A stretch of 64,000 nucleotides of DNA from positions 11,735 to 75,734 of the forward strand of contig JAZUAM010000028.1 in the NCBI GenBank assembly GCA_045637985.1. The letters run 5' to 3'. Position 1 is the first letter of the stretch, and each line of letters starts with the position of its first letter. The notes beneath the pieces were generated by a model. That model had not been told where the DNA came from. It worked only from the letters and a program-made list of their open reading frames with translations, and made no database searches. Source of the stretch: Alphaproteobacteria bacterium. GTDB lineage: Bacteria > Pseudomonadota > Alphaproteobacteria > RF32 > CAG-239. Shown here piece after piece: positions 32,067-42,739 of the stretch. The position numbers were made by a program, and so were the translations under genes.

Positions 32067-33425
32067 ATGACCACTTCCTTTAAACTAAGCGGAACCCTGA
32101 TACTGGTAGCAATCATGGCCTCACTTGGCGGATTGCTGTCCGGTTTTGACATGGGAGTTATTTCCGGCGCATTACTTTATATTAATCAAACTTGGGAACT
32201 TTCACCTCTGGCTCAAGGATGGCTCGTTTCATCCGCAATTGTAGGATCTGTCATTGGTGCTGCGGCTAATGGTATCTTAGCCGATATTTACGGACGCAAA
32301 AAAATTATTATTGCTACTGCCATCATTTTCATAATCGGATCCATAATGTGCGGTTATGCCACCTCTGCAAATTGGCTTATTTTCTCACGCATAATTATCG
32401 GAATTGCCGTCGGTATGATTAGCTTTGTTGCTCCAATATATTTATCTGAAATTGCTCCGGAAAAAATCAGAGGTTCTCTGGTATCGTTATACCAATTAGC
32501 TCTAACTGCCGGCATATTATTATCATACCTTATTAATCGTATTTTTGCCAATTTTGAATTTAATTGGAGATGGATGTTGGGTTCCGGAGCAATCCCTGCC
32601 GTCATTTTGTTAATAGGAATTTTATTTCTTCACGACACTCCCAGATGGCTTATAAGCAAAAACAAGATTGATGAGGCGCGCGAAGTATTCAAAAAAATAT
32701 ATCCTGAAAATGATATTGAAAACCATATTAACGAGATTAAAGAAACTTTGTCATCATCTACAGAAAATAAAAAAGTAAAATTACAAAAATGGATGTTTAT
32801 GCCCATATTTGTGGGTGTCGGTTTAATGTTTGTTCAAATATGTACCGGTATCAACACTATTATATACTATACCCCTACTATTTTCAATTTAGCTGGATTT
32901 GCAGACAATATCACTGCAATTTATGCCACAATCGGCGTTGGTATCGTAAATTTCTTAATGACTTTTGTCGCAATCGCCTATATTGATAAATTTGGGCGCA
33001 AACCATTACTATACATAGGATTAGCAGGGATGTTGATTAGTATGTTTGCCCTTTCAGGTTCATTTGCCATGGGCGATACAGGACGTTGGTTGGCTGTCGG
33101 ATCTGTTGTATTATACATTGCTTCATTTGCAATGAGTCTTGGCCCCGTTTGTTGGATTATGGTATCAGAAATTATGCCCTTAAAAATCCGTGGATTTGCA
33201 ATGTCTGCAGCAACGGTATCAAACTTTGCTTTTAACTTTATAGTTGTTTTAAGTTTCTTACCTATGCTCGAAATTTTAGGAAAATCCACAACATTTTTCA
33301 TCTTTGGCCTTATCACAATATTGTCTTTATTTTTTGTATATTTCTTTGTTCCCGAAACCAAAGGAATTTCTCTTGAAAAAATTGAAGAAAACTGGCATAA
33401 AGGTATATCGCCACGTAAATTTTAA
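32067..33425 (+). CDS. Sugar porter family MFS transporter
   Basis: GGLLSGFDMGVISGA, DIYGRK, YLSEIAP..RG, PRWL, DKFGRKPLL and VPETKG. Confidence 0.93.
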   Translation: MTTSFKLSGTLILVAIMASLGGLLSGFDMGVISGALLYINQTWELSPLAQGWLVSSAIVGSVIGAAANGILADIYGRKKIIIATAIIFIIGSIMCGYATSANWLIFSRIIIGIAVGMISFVAPIYLSEIAPEKIRGSLVSLYQLALTAGILLSYLINRIFANFEFNWRWMLGSGAIPAVILLIGILFLHDTPRWLISKNKIDEAREVFKKIYPENDIENHINEIKETLSSSTENKKVKLQKWMFMPIFVGVGLMFVQICTGINTIIYYTPTIFNLAGFADNITAIYATIGVGIVNFLMTFVAIAYIDKFGRKPLLYIGLAGMLISMFALSGSFAMGDTGRWLAVGSVVLYIASFAMSLGPVCWIMVSEIMPLKIRGFAMSAATVSNFAFNFIVVLSFLPMLEILGKSTTFFIFGLITILSLFFVYFFVPETKGISLEKIEENWHKGISPRKF

Positions 33426-33444
33426 AACTTAATAAGGACTATTG

Positions 33445-34503
33445 ATGAAAATATTGGTCGGGATGAGCGGCGGCGTTGATTCAACTGTCGCCGCACTTCT
33501 TTTAAAACAAGCCGGTCATGATGTTATCGGCGCAACAATGAGCATTTGGGATGATTCTGATACCTTCCGTCAACTAACCGGTAAAGGTTGCTTTTCTTCT
33601 CACGATGAAGACATATCTCAAGCCAAACAAATATGTCAAAATTTAAACATCCCTCACTTGATAGTCGATTGCACATCAGAATTCAAACAAATTGTTCTAA
33701 ACAATTTTCGTAACGAATACAAAGCCGGCAGAACCCCCAATCCTTGCATCGTATGCAATTCAATGATAAAATTTAGTGTGCTTCCTAACAGCGCACAAAA
33801 ACAGGGAATTGTTTTTGACAAATTTGCCACAGGTCATTATGCCGCCATTCAACAAAATGCTATAACAGGGTTATACCAAATATTAAGAGGAATTGACGAC
33901 AAAAAGGATCAATCATATTTTCTTTATCGCTTAAACCAAGAACAATTATCTCAGCTCATCCTCCCCTTAGGAAATAAAACAAAAGCAGAAATAAGAACTT
34001 TGGCAAAACAAGCAGGATTATCTGTTTCAGACAAACCCGACAGCCAAGATTTTTATACCGGACCATTAAATGATATCTTGCAATTTCCTGCTCAACCGGG
34101 AACTTTCATCAATAAAGAAGGAAAAACACTGGGGCATCATAACGGTTACTGGAATTTTACTATTGGACAACGACGGGGACTTGGTATATCAGCCGATAAA
34201 CCTTTATACGTTATTGACATCATTAAAGAAAGCAATCAAATCATTGTAGGATATGCTGACGAATGCCTTCAAACAACTCTTACTGCTTCAAACTGGGTTT
34301 GGCAAATTCCAACCCCTCAACAAACTTTTGATTGTCAAGCTCGTATTCGTTCATCTCAAACACCTGTTGATGTCAAAGTAACACCGATAAAACAAGATTC
34401 TTTTACCATAACTTTTTCAACACCGCAAAGTGCTATAACTCCGGGACAATCTGTTGTCTTAAACGACAACAACATTTTAATCGGCGGAGGAATAATAAAC
34501 TAA
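33445..34503 (+). CDS. mnmA: tRNA 2-thiouridylase
   Basis: MSGGVDS, TPNPCIVCN, ATGHYA, KDQSYFL, DSQDF and TIGQRRGL. Confidence 0.97.
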   Translation: MKILVGMSGGVDSTVAALLLKQAGHDVIGATMSIWDDSDTFRQLTGKGCFSSHDEDISQAKQICQNLNIPHLIVDCTSEFKQIVLNNFRNEYKAGRTPNPCIVCNSMIKFSVLPNSAQKQGIVFDKFATGHYAAIQQNAITGLYQILRGIDDKKDQSYFLYRLNQEQLSQLILPLGNKTKAEIRTLAKQAGLSVSDKPDSQDFYTGPLNDILQFPAQPGTFINKEGKTLGHHNGYWNFTIGQRRGLGISADKPLYVIDIIKESNQIIVGYADECLQTTLTASNWVWQIPTPQQTFDCQARIRSSQTPVDVKVTPIKQDSFTITFSTPQSAITPGQSVVLNDNNILIGGGIIN

Positions 34504-35216
34504 AACCACGTCAAAACTACAGAGAAAAATATAGGTACTGACAAATTATCATCTATTTCTATTTTATCTTCATATACTTCTGCCAAGGTAGCAACTAAAC
34601 AAGCCAACACATTCACCCAGCTAAACTGATAGACAGGCCAAAAAAGCAGATTAATACCAACTGCGGTTAAAAAGAATGCCAAAGTACCTTCAAGAGTTTT
34701 ATTTTTATGTATCTTAAGCTTACCAATCGAACGCCCGACCAAAGCTGCCGCACTGTCTGAAATGAGCATAACCGTCAAAGCTATAGTAGCAACTTCCTTT
34801 CCGAAAAAACACATACACAAAAGCGCCGAAAACAACACATATATAGCTCCGGTAAATTGAAAATGTTCCCGAGATGTTTCTTTATTTCTTAACGTCCTGA
34901 AAAACAAAACTCCAAAAGATTTTCTTGCCCATGGATATTTTTTAAAATTACCATATTCTAAAATTATATTACCGATTAAAATAATCATCAAAATAGGAAC
35001 CAGGACTATTTTCGGCATAAAATAAATAGCAGCGGGTATCCAAAGAGAACTCAAATGAATGGCCTTGCGAAACAATTCTTTTTTAAAAGCTTTATCCTTA
35101 CATAACTGTTGGTATAGCAAATCAGCATTTTGCCAATTAGCCTCCCAATTCAGCTGCCGTTTAATTGATTTAAATACTTTATTATAATCAGGACGCCTGC
35201 CTTTTAAATTCCACAT
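34500..35216 (-). CDS. SEC59/DGK1/VTE5-type CTP-dependent polyprenol/diacylglycerol kinase-like membrane protein
   Basis: ELFRKAIH, SDSAAALVG, KTLEG and IDDNLSVP. Confidence 0.8.
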   Translation of the reverse strand: MWNLKGRRPDYNKVFKSIKRQLNWEANWQNADLLYQQLCKDKAFKKELFRKAIHLSSLWIPAAIYFMPKIVLVPILMIILIGNIILEYGNFKKYPWARKSFGVLFFRTLRNKETSREHFQFTGAIYVLFSALLCMCFFGKEVATIALTVMLISDSAAALVGRSIGKLKIHKNKTLEGTLAFFLTAVGINLLFWPVYQFSWVNVLACLVATLAEVYEDKIEIDDNLSVPIFFSVVLTWF

Positions 35217-35348
35217 ATCAACCCCATCTGGTAAACCATTGTATTTCGGATATTAAAAAAACAAACTCATAATCTCAAGAAAAAAACTGATTATGTGGAA
35301 AAATAAAAAAACATAACTATATCATATATCACACAATGGAGAAAAAAC

Positions 35349-35582
35349 ATGATATCAGAAAAACCTGAAGGCACAATTATCAAAGACTATTCCAAACAGC
35401 GCTACACAGACATCGATGACAAAGACTTTATTATCAAGCCTTTGAAATATATGAAACTTATCGATTCAATAACCGGCCTTGATGATGAGTGCGAATTTGA
35501 AAAAAATATGTTTAACTTTGGAGATGACGAAAATTTGCCTGATTCTGACAGAGCTACAGATAAACGATGTAAAAACAACTAA
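35349..35582 (+). CDS. Small acidic hypothetical protein
   Basis: GGAG RBS upstream. Fills an otherwise empty intergenic space, and its stop overlaps the convergent XRE gene. Confidence 0.5.
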   Translation: MISEKPEGTIIKDYSKQRYTDIDDKDFIIKPLKYMKLIDSITGLDDECEFEKNMFNFGDDENLPDSDRATDKRCKNN

Positions 35583-36085
35583 TCATCATCATTCAAAACA
35601 TCATCTTTACTGTGCAAATACTGGCTTTTTGACATCGCAACAACCAAATCATATACATGCTTTGCAGCTTGTCTGTTGGCTATTTTATAATATGCTCGTA
35701 CCAACTCAAGTGTTTCTTGCTTTAGCATCGGATCAACATTAAATACTTCCATATCTTCGCTCAAAGCCATTTCGGCATCAGGATTGCTAAACATTCTCGG
35801 ACTTTGTTTTGCAACAGTTTTATCCATATCATCATAAAAAAATGATACCGGTATCTCTAATACAACACTAAAATCCCATAAACGACTGGCACTAACTCTA
35901 TTTAAACCTTTTTCATATTTTTGAATTTGCTGAAATGTAAGCCCCAATAAAGATCCTAATTTTTCTTGGCTCCACCCTAACAAATTACGACGAAGTCTAA
36001 TTCTTTTACCAACATGAATATCAACAGGATTAGGTTCTCCTAGCGGAGTACGTCCTCTAGACGCCTTACAAGACATAGATTTCAT
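35579..36085 (-). CDS. XRE-family HTH regulator (conserved alphaproteobacterial gene after lnt)
   Basis: PNPVDIHVGKRIRLRR...SQEKLG..LGLTFQQIQKYEKGLNRVSASRL. Confidence 0.92.
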   Translation of the reverse strand: MKSMSCKASRGRTPLGEPNPVDIHVGKRIRLRRNLLGWSQEKLGSLLGLTFQQIQKYEKGLNRVSASRLWDFSVVLEIPVSFFYDDMDKTVAKQSPRMFSNPDAEMALSEDMEVFNVDPMLKQETLELVRAYYKIANRQAAKHVYDLVVAMSKSQYLHSKDDVLNDDD

Positions 36086-36188
36086 TTTTTTGTCCTTACC
36101 ATAAAAGCAACTACTATATTATATACTTTGACAACAACAGGTTATATCCATACGCAACATCAAAAATACATAAGAATATAGTCCCGAA

Positions 36189-37703
36189 TTACTTAGTTCT
36201 TATCTTTATAAAACCTAAAAACAATAAAATCAAACAAAAAGTTAAAATTAACACATTACCAAATCGACTATACAACGTATTATATACCAAACCATCGTTA
36301 AGTTTTACATCCAAGACTCCTTTATGATTAAGCTTCATAAAAGCTTTTTCGCGTCCTAGGGCATCTATCATACCGCTGATTCCGTTATTTGCAGCTCTTA
36401 TAATAGTAATACCCTCCTCAACAGCTCGCATTTTTGTTGCAACCCAATGCTGATGAGGTCCGGCGGAATCTCCATACCAACCATCATTAGTTAAATTCAC
36501 CAAAAAATCTGGCTTGTTTTTATCATCAACAATATCTCCGGGAAAAATAATTTCATAACAAACAACTCCACCCAATGACGGCAACCCCGCTATCTCTATA
36601 GTCTTTGGCCCTTTTCCTCTACCAAATGTTCCTATCATATTAGCCACCGGCCTTATAAAATTCGGCAAATATTTTCTGAAAGGAATATATTCACCAAAAG
36701 GAACCAAATGAGATTTATGGTAATAATCAACTACTTTTCCTTCGGGATTAAACAAAACCATCGAATTATGAGGCAATACTCCTTCCATTGTATCGTGATA
36801 TGATATCATTCCCGCAACCAAATAACTCCCTTTTTTCAAAACGGGCAAAATTTGTTGCAAATGATAATCATCTCTATCCAACATAAACGGAGAAGCTGTT
36901 TCCCCCCATATAATAAAAGAAGGAACTACCGATGCATCAATATCGGACAACCTAACATATTCCGAAAAATTTTCCTCCATCATCATACGATTCCATTTTA
37001 ACGTCTGTGGAATACTTGGTTGTACTATTCTAATTACAACATCTGTTTCTTTGAACTGATTTACAGCCAACCGCCAACTTCCCCAAAAAAACAACACACA
37101 AAACAAAAACACGATTCCGACTGATATATAAATTCCGCTTTTAATGTCGGGTTTCTGCAACCAAAGTCCGCCAACGGTATATATCAAGATTGCAAACAAT
37201 GACAACAAATAACTTCCGCCAATACTTGCGACCTGTACCATTTCATCAGAAAATGCAAATGTATAACCTAACAGATTCCAAGGAAATCCGGTAAATAAAA
37301 AACTGCGCAACCACTCAAAAACAACCACTGCTGAGCCAAAGATTATCCATTTTTGCCATCTTTTTTGCCCACAAACCACAAACATCGCAGGCAAAGCAAA
37401 AAATAACCCAAAAAATCCTCCTAATGCAATCAACGTAAGAGGGTACAACCATCCCAACTGCTTTACATCAATCAACAACGCATTAGCAACCCAACTAAAC
37501 CCAAATGCAAAATGCGCAAAACCAAACCAATATCCTCGCACAAACAAATGCTTTACAGTCGTTGAATTTAAGAGCATGTAAAAAAGAACAGAAAATGCCA
37601 TAAAATCCGTTATAATCCAAAACCACGGAGCAAAACCCAATACACTTACGGCTCCTAATACAAAAGCAAAAACATTGCTATGTTTCAAAATCATATTCTT
37701 CAT
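36189..37703 (-). CDS. lnt: Apolipoprotein N-acyltransferase
   Basis: TGFPWNLLGY, WGETA, KSHLVPFGEY, VCYEIIF, TNDGWY and RAVEEG. Confidence 0.96.
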   Translation of the reverse strand: MKNMILKHSNVFAFVLGAVSVLGFAPWFWIITDFMAFSVLFYMLLNSTTVKHLFVRGYWFGFAHFAFGFSWVANALLIDVKQLGWLYPLTLIALGGFFGLFFALPAMFVVCGQKRWQKWIIFGSAVVVFEWLRSFLFTGFPWNLLGYTFAFSDEMVQVASIGGSYLLSLFAILIYTVGGLWLQKPDIKSGIYISVGIVFLFCVLFFWGSWRLAVNQFKETDVVIRIVQPSIPQTLKWNRMMMEENFSEYVRLSDIDASVVPSFIIWGETASPFMLDRDDYHLQQILPVLKKGSYLVAGMISYHDTMEGVLPHNSMVLFNPEGKVVDYYHKSHLVPFGEYIPFRKYLPNFIRPVANMIGTFGRGKGPKTIEIAGLPSLGGVVCYEIIFPGDIVDDKNKPDFLVNLTNDGWYGDSAGPHQHWVATKMRAVEEGITIIRAANNGISGMIDALGREKAFMKLNHKGVLDVKLNDGLVYNTLYSRFGNVLILTFCLILLFLGFIKIRTK

Positions 37704-37750
37704 TAATTTTCTGCGTTTATAGATATCTCATACTCAAAATATATTTATAT

Positions 37751-38269
37751 TCATTCTTCATACGGATTATCGACATTCATTTCTTTCAATATTTTTATTT
37801 CAATATCTTCCATTTCTTTCGCATCGGCTTCATCCATATGGTCATACCCATACAAATGTAAAATCCCATGAACCAATAAATGCATAAAATGATTTTTTAA
37901 CAAAATATTCTGCTCTTTTGCTTCCCTTTTCAGTGTTTCTAAAGAAACAATAATATCTCCAAGCTCAATATATTTTGTATTTCTTATATCATTTTCAAAA
38001 CATTCATCATCTATTCTGGCAAACGACAAAACATTTGTCGGCACATTTTTTCCTCTAAATTCAGAATTAAGCTTCATGATTTCTTCATCATTACTTAACG
38101 CCAAATTTATCGAAACACTATGCTCCTTCCAACCATCAAAAGTCAAATTATTAACAACTAAGTATGAAACAACCGTAACAAAAACTTGTTCAGCCAGCTC
38201 TTCAACATCTGAAATTTCTACATTCCAACCATCATTATTAATAATGATGTTCAGCTGATTTTTATTCAT
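37751..38269 (-). CDS. ybeY: rRNA maturation endoribonuclease YbeY
   Basis: FRGKNVPTNVLSF, LGDI and HGILHLYGYDH. Start uncertain (38269 or 38275). Confidence 0.95.
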   Translation of the reverse strand: MNKNQLNIIINNDGWNVEISDVEELAEQVFVTVVSYLVVNNLTFDGWKEHSVSINLALSNDEEIMKLNSEFRGKNVPTNVLSFARIDDECFENDIRNTKYIELGDIIVSLETLKREAKEQNILLKNHFMHLLVHGILHLYGYDHMDEADAKEMEDIEIKILKEMNVDNPYEE

Positions 38270-39227
38270 CTCCATACTCTTTTTTGCTTTTTTCTTCATA
38301 TGCTTTGACTATCTTAGCCACCAATCCGTGGCGAACGACATCCGCCGCTGAAAATCTTACAGACCCGATATTAGAAGTTCCTTTCAAAACATCCAAAGCA
38401 TCTCTTAATCCTGAAATTACTCCTCTTGGCAAATCAACCTGACTCAAATCACCATTTACCACCATACGCGAATTTTCACCCAAACGAGTCAAAAACATTT
38501 TCATTTGCATCGGTGTCGTATTTTGTGCTTCATCCAAAATAATGAACGCATTAGACAATGTACGCCCGCGCATAAAAGCCAAAGGTGCAATTTCAATCTC
38601 GCCCAAAGCTATTTTTTTATCAACTTGCTCTGCCGGCAACATTTCATACAAAGCATCATATAACGGACGCAAATAAGGATCAACTTTATCCTTCAAATCA
38701 CCCGGCAAAAATCCGAGATTTTCACCCGCCTCAACAGCCGGTCTGGACAAAATTATCTTATCTATTGTTCCCTCCAACATCATCGAAACAGCCAACGCCA
38801 CAGCCAAATATGTTTTACCGGTTCCGGCAGGTCCTAAACCAAATACCAATTCATTTTGCATCATCGTTTGTATATATTCGGCCTGAGTTGCAGAACGCGG
38901 ATAAATATGACGTTTTTTGGTTTTTAAAACAATATTACTCAAATCTTGTGCCGTTTGACTATCTACACTATCTCCACTCAATCTGACTGCGGCCTTAACT
39001 TCCTGTTCCCCTATTTCAATTCCGCGACTAACCTTATTATACAAAACATCAATAGCTGTTTTTGCCTGTTCAATCGATTTTTTCTCACCTTTAATCGTAA
39101 TATTATTACCAAACGATACTATTTCAACACCCAGTATTTTTTCCAACTGCTTAAGATTAGCATCTTGAGCGCCAACCATTTGCTGAATCAATGTGTTATT
39201 AAACAACTCAAAAGAAATTTCAGCCAT
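38262..39227 (-). CDS. PhoH-like ATPase (YbeZ)
   Basis: GPAGTGKT, RPAVEAGENLGFLPG, DPYLRP and DEAQN. Confidence 0.96.
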   Translation of the reverse strand: MAEISFELFNNTLIQQMVGAQDANLKQLEKILGVEIVSFGNNITIKGEKKSIEQAKTAIDVLYNKVSRGIEIGEQEVKAAVRLSGDSVDSQTAQDLSNIVLKTKKRHIYPRSATQAEYIQTMMQNELVFGLGPAGTGKTYLAVALAVSMMLEGTIDKIILSRPAVEAGENLGFLPGDLKDKVDPYLRPLYDALYEMLPAEQVDKKIALGEIEIAPLAFMRGRTLSNAFIILDEAQNTTPMQMKMFLTRLGENSRMVVNGDLSQVDLPRGVISGLRDALDVLKGTSNIGSVRFSAADVVRHGLVAKIVKAYEEKSKKEYGDE

Positions 39228-39230
39228 TTT

Positions 39231-40565
39231 CTACCCTTTCACAATTTTTCCTGACAACGAATTCATAGTTGCCGTTTCAATTTTAACATTAACAATTTTA
39301 TTCAATAAGTCCTTATCCGCTTCCGCATGCAAATTTTGCATATATGGTGTCCGCCCTACAAGTTGCCCCGAATGTCTTCCTTTACTTTCAAACAATACAG
39401 GAACAATCTTACCGACCATTTCTTTATTAAACTTTAATTGATAATCAAATAATTTATCTTGCAAAACAGCTAATCTCTCCTTTTTTACCTTTTCCTCTAT
39501 TTGATTGGGCATCAATGCTGCCGGTGTACCGGGTCGTCGCGAATACTTAAAAGAAAAAGCCTGAATAAATTTAACATTATCAACAACGTCTAACGTTGCT
39601 CGAAAATCAGCATCTGTCTCTCCGGGAAACCCGACAATAAAGTCCGAAGAAAAACCAAGTTTAGGATTCGCATCGCGCAATTTAGCTATAATATCCAGAT
39701 ATTGTTGAGAATTATGTCTTCTGTTCATTGCTCGCAAAACACTATCTGATCCTGATTGTATGGGAAGATGCAAATAAGGCATTAACTTTTCAATATTTTT
39801 ATGACAATCTATCAACTCATCATCAACATCTGCCGGATACGAAGTAGTGTAGCGGATTCTTTTTAGTCCGTCCAGTTCATTTAACTTATTCAACAAATAT
39901 GCTAAATTTCGCTCTTTCCCGTTTTTATCCTCACCGTGATATGAATTAACATTCTGCCCCAACAAATTAATTTCCAAAGTACCTTCTTTCACCAATTTCT
40001 TTGCTTCGGCAACAACATCCTCTATAGGTCGAGATGTTTCAATACCTCTGGTATATGGCACTACACAATATGTACAAAAGTTATTACATCCTTCTTGAAT
40101 AGCCAGATAAGAACACCCGCCCTCACTTCTGTTTTCCGGTAAGAAGTCAAATTTCGATTCTGCAGGAAATTCTGTATCAATAAGAGCTTCTCCTCTTGCC
40201 TGTTCTATTTTAGCCAATACTTCCGGAAGTCTATGATACGTCAATGGTCCCAACGCAAAATCTACATAATCAACTCTTTTGTAAATCTGCTCATCTTCAG
40301 CTTGAACCACACATCCCAAAATTCCGATTATGGTATCCTTACCTTCTTCAGCTCGTTCCTGCTTTATAAGATTAAGCCTTCCTAAATCAGAAAATAATTT
40401 TTCTGTAGCTTTTTCTCTGATATGACACGTATTAAAAATAACTAAATCTGCCTGTCTTATTGACGGAGCAGACTTCATACCCAAATTTTCCAAAATAGTA
40501 GCCACTCTATGAGAATCATAAACATTCATCTGGCAACCAAAAGTCTTAATATAATATTTTTTCAT
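39231..40565 (-). CDS. miaB: tRNA-i6A37 methylthiotransferase
   Basis: TFGCQMN, NTCHIREKA, radical SAM motif CNNFCTYC and a TRAM C-terminus. Start reassigned to MKKYY. Confidence 0.97.
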   Translation of the reverse strand: MKKYYIKTFGCQMNVYDSHRVATILENLGMKSAPSIRQADLVIFNTCHIREKATEKLFSDLGRLNLIKQERAEEGKDTIIGILGCVVQAEDEQIYKRVDYVDFALGPLTYHRLPEVLAKIEQARGEALIDTEFPAESKFDFLPENRSEGGCSYLAIQEGCNNFCTYCVVPYTRGIETSRPIEDVVAEAKKLVKEGTLEINLLGQNVNSYHGEDKNGKERNLAYLLNKLNELDGLKRIRYTTSYPADVDDELIDCHKNIEKLMPYLHLPIQSGSDSVLRAMNRRHNSQQYLDIIAKLRDANPKLGFSSDFIVGFPGETDADFRATLDVVDNVKFIQAFSFKYSRRPGTPAALMPNQIEEKVKKERLAVLQDKLFDYQLKFNKEMVGKIVPVLFESKGRHSGQLVGRTPYMQNLHAEADKDLLNKIVNVKIETATMNSLSGKIVKG

Positions 40566-40720
40566 TCTTATACTTATCTTTCTAACCAATAATCCGCTAT
40601 TAACAATAAGTTTAGACGATTTTTTTGTTTTTTTCAAGTTGCTTGTCCGTTTTTAATTGAAAAGTTGGCATATTTTTGCTATTGTTTAATAAAACCTGAC
40701 AAACAAACTGGGAGGAATCA

Positions 40721-41167
40721 ATGTCTAGCTTTAATATGGAGTATCAAATGAGTTATGTGTCCGATATGACGGAAGAAGAAAAAATCACTTTCTTAAAAGT
40801 ATTAGTTGCTCTGTCTTGCTCTGACAACAACTTTGACGATGAAGAAAAAGCTTTTATTCAAGATATCGCTTTGGTTTTTGGCATAAAAAAGGACAAAATA
40901 AATGATATTTTTGCTCCGATTACTGATGAAGATTTAATCAAAAATGTTTCAAAAATAAAAAATCGCCAAATAGCTCTCAATCTCATAAAAGAAGCTTGTT
41001 TGTTAGCTAATTCTGATGGTGATTTATCTGATCATGAGATTATTCTCATAGGAAAGATAGGACAAGCCATGGGAATTGAACTTGAAAAAATAGAACAAAT
41101 AAGCCAATGGGTTATAGACCGCATTGTGTGGCTAGAACAAGGCAAAATAATTTTTGAACAAATTTAA
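40721..41167 (+). CDS. TerB-like protein
   Basis: Duplicated (A/S)D-x-x-(F/L)-x-x-x-E motifs: SDNNFDDEE and SDGDLSDHE. Confidence 0.75.
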   Translation: MSSFNMEYQMSYVSDMTEEEKITFLKVLVALSCSDNNFDDEEKAFIQDIALVFGIKKDKINDIFAPITDEDLIKNVSKIKNRQIALNLIKEACLLANSDGDLSDHEIILIGKIGQAMGIELEKIEQISQWVIDRIVWLEQGKIIFEQI

Positions 41168-41191
41168 TTTCCCTATCAAGGAGAAATCCCA

Positions 41192-42346
41192 ATGGAAAGA
41201 ATGATTGTAAACCTCAAAGACGTAGATATAACAAAAAATAATAACTTCGCTCAGTATCTTGACTATAAAGAACAATTCAATTTTGAAACTGAAAATCGCC
41301 CCTTTGTAAGCACATACCTGCCACAAGAGGCTAAAAATGAACACCACGCGTTAATGGGTGCAACATCTCAAATTCCACCTCATAAACTACGCGAAAAAGC
41401 TGACACACTAATAAAAGCACAAGGTATAGAGGACAAATACGGAGATTTATTAGATCACCTAGTATCTAAAAGTAACGGAAATTATTCTCATTTTAAGTCT
41501 CTATGGTCTCCTATCATATGGCAAGCCAACGAAACCAACAGTAAACAACAAATAAAAATTGGTGACAAAGTTGTTGACGTTTTTAACCTTGACTATGCAA
41601 TCGCCGAATCATTACAACATTTGTATTCATCAGAAGAACCTGAGGCTGAATACTATGATTGGATTCAACGTCAACAAAAAATTGAAATAGATATCAACAC
41701 TAACGGAACAACTGAAGATGAAATCGTTGCTCGCAACAGCTTCATATCTTTTTTGGATGATCGTGAAACGGAAATTAAACGTATAACATATTTATATGCT
41801 GGAGCTGCATTTAATCCGAACTGTCGTATGCAAAATTCTGCTCAAGAAAAAATTAAATTTCTCACATTTAAGCTTAGTGAGTTAAGGCGCTTGCGTGAAA
41901 AAACCGCAAACACAAAATCCCATGCTGATGAAAAGGAATATTTCGAACTGGAAGAACGTCGACGCCAACGTGAAGCGATCGCTGCAACTGCAGGATTAAC
42001 GGCCTTGGCCATCACTGATGAACAATATTCTATAGGTAGCAAACGTTTGGCTTCACAACACAATATCAACGAGCTTGAACAAGGCATCGGAGCTAATTTT
42101 GTACGTCTACGTCCGGAAACACAAACATTAGAACAAGCCAAAGACAAGATACGTTCAGCTTTAGAACATCGCGAACAATTACGCCAGATGTTTGCCGCAA
42201 TGCGAAACGGTATGTCTAAAGAGGAATGGAAACGCTCTCAACGCACAGACCCTATATCCAGAAAACAAATCAACACCGAAATCCAAAATCTTCGCGGGTG
42301 GCAAATTGAACATTTCCGCGAAATAAGCAACGAAACATCTGCCTAA
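41192..42346 (+). CDS. Hypothetical protein, 384 aa
   Basis: Long ORF with an AAGGAG RBS. Helical and charged; no family recognised. Confidence 0.65.
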   Translation: MERMIVNLKDVDITKNNNFAQYLDYKEQFNFETENRPFVSTYLPQEAKNEHHALMGATSQIPPHKLREKADTLIKAQGIEDKYGDLLDHLVSKSNGNYSHFKSLWSPIIWQANETNSKQQIKIGDKVVDVFNLDYAIAESLQHLYSSEEPEAEYYDWIQRQQKIEIDINTNGTTEDEIVARNSFISFLDDRETEIKRITYLYAGAAFNPNCRMQNSAQEKIKFLTFKLSELRRLREKTANTKSHADEKEYFELEERRRQREAIAATAGLTALAITDEQYSIGSKRLASQHNINELEQGIGANFVRLRPETQTLEQAKDKIRSALEHREQLRQMFAAMRNGMSKEEWKRSQRTDPISRKQINTEIQNLRGWQIEHFREISNETSA

Positions 42347-42360
42347 AAATTTGTTTATAA

Positions 42361-42389
42361 TTGACATCTTACAAAACTTGCGTTATGGA
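42361..42389 (+). promoter_or_regulatory. Putative promoter of the yggT-DUF167-folD unit
   Basis: Perfect TTGACA, N17, then a weak -10 (TATGGA). Confidence 0.35.
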
Positions 42390-42436
42390 CTAACTTAGAT
42401 GATTATTTTATTCTTAAACTGTTAAGGAGATACTAT

Positions 42437-42739
42437 ATGGTTATTTTTGACCCGTTTTTAGAAATTTTAGGGTTTATTGTCGACATTTACTTTAAAATTG
42501 TTGTTGTTCAAGTAGTTTTATACTGGTTAATCCACTTCAAAGTATTGGAGCCATCAAACAAATACGCTCAAAAGACTGTTGAAATTTTAGACAAAGCAAC
42601 AACTCCTGTTTACGAAAAAATTAAATCAAAAATTCCGACTGTTTTTTCCGGAATTGATTTTTCTCCATTTATATTGTTGTTGATCTTGTACTTTATAAGT
42701 CGTTTAATTGCCAGCTTTCGCATTTTGATTGTCGGTTAA
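42437..42739 (+). CDS. YggT family membrane protein
   Basis: WLIHF...ATTPVY..I...GIDFSP. Conserved yggT-DUF167-folD order. Confidence 0.85.
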   Translation: MVIFDPFLEILGFIVDIYFKIVVVQVVLYWLIHFKVLEPSNKYAQKTVEILDKATTPVYEKIKSKIPTVFSGIDFSPFILLLILYFISRLIASFRILIVG

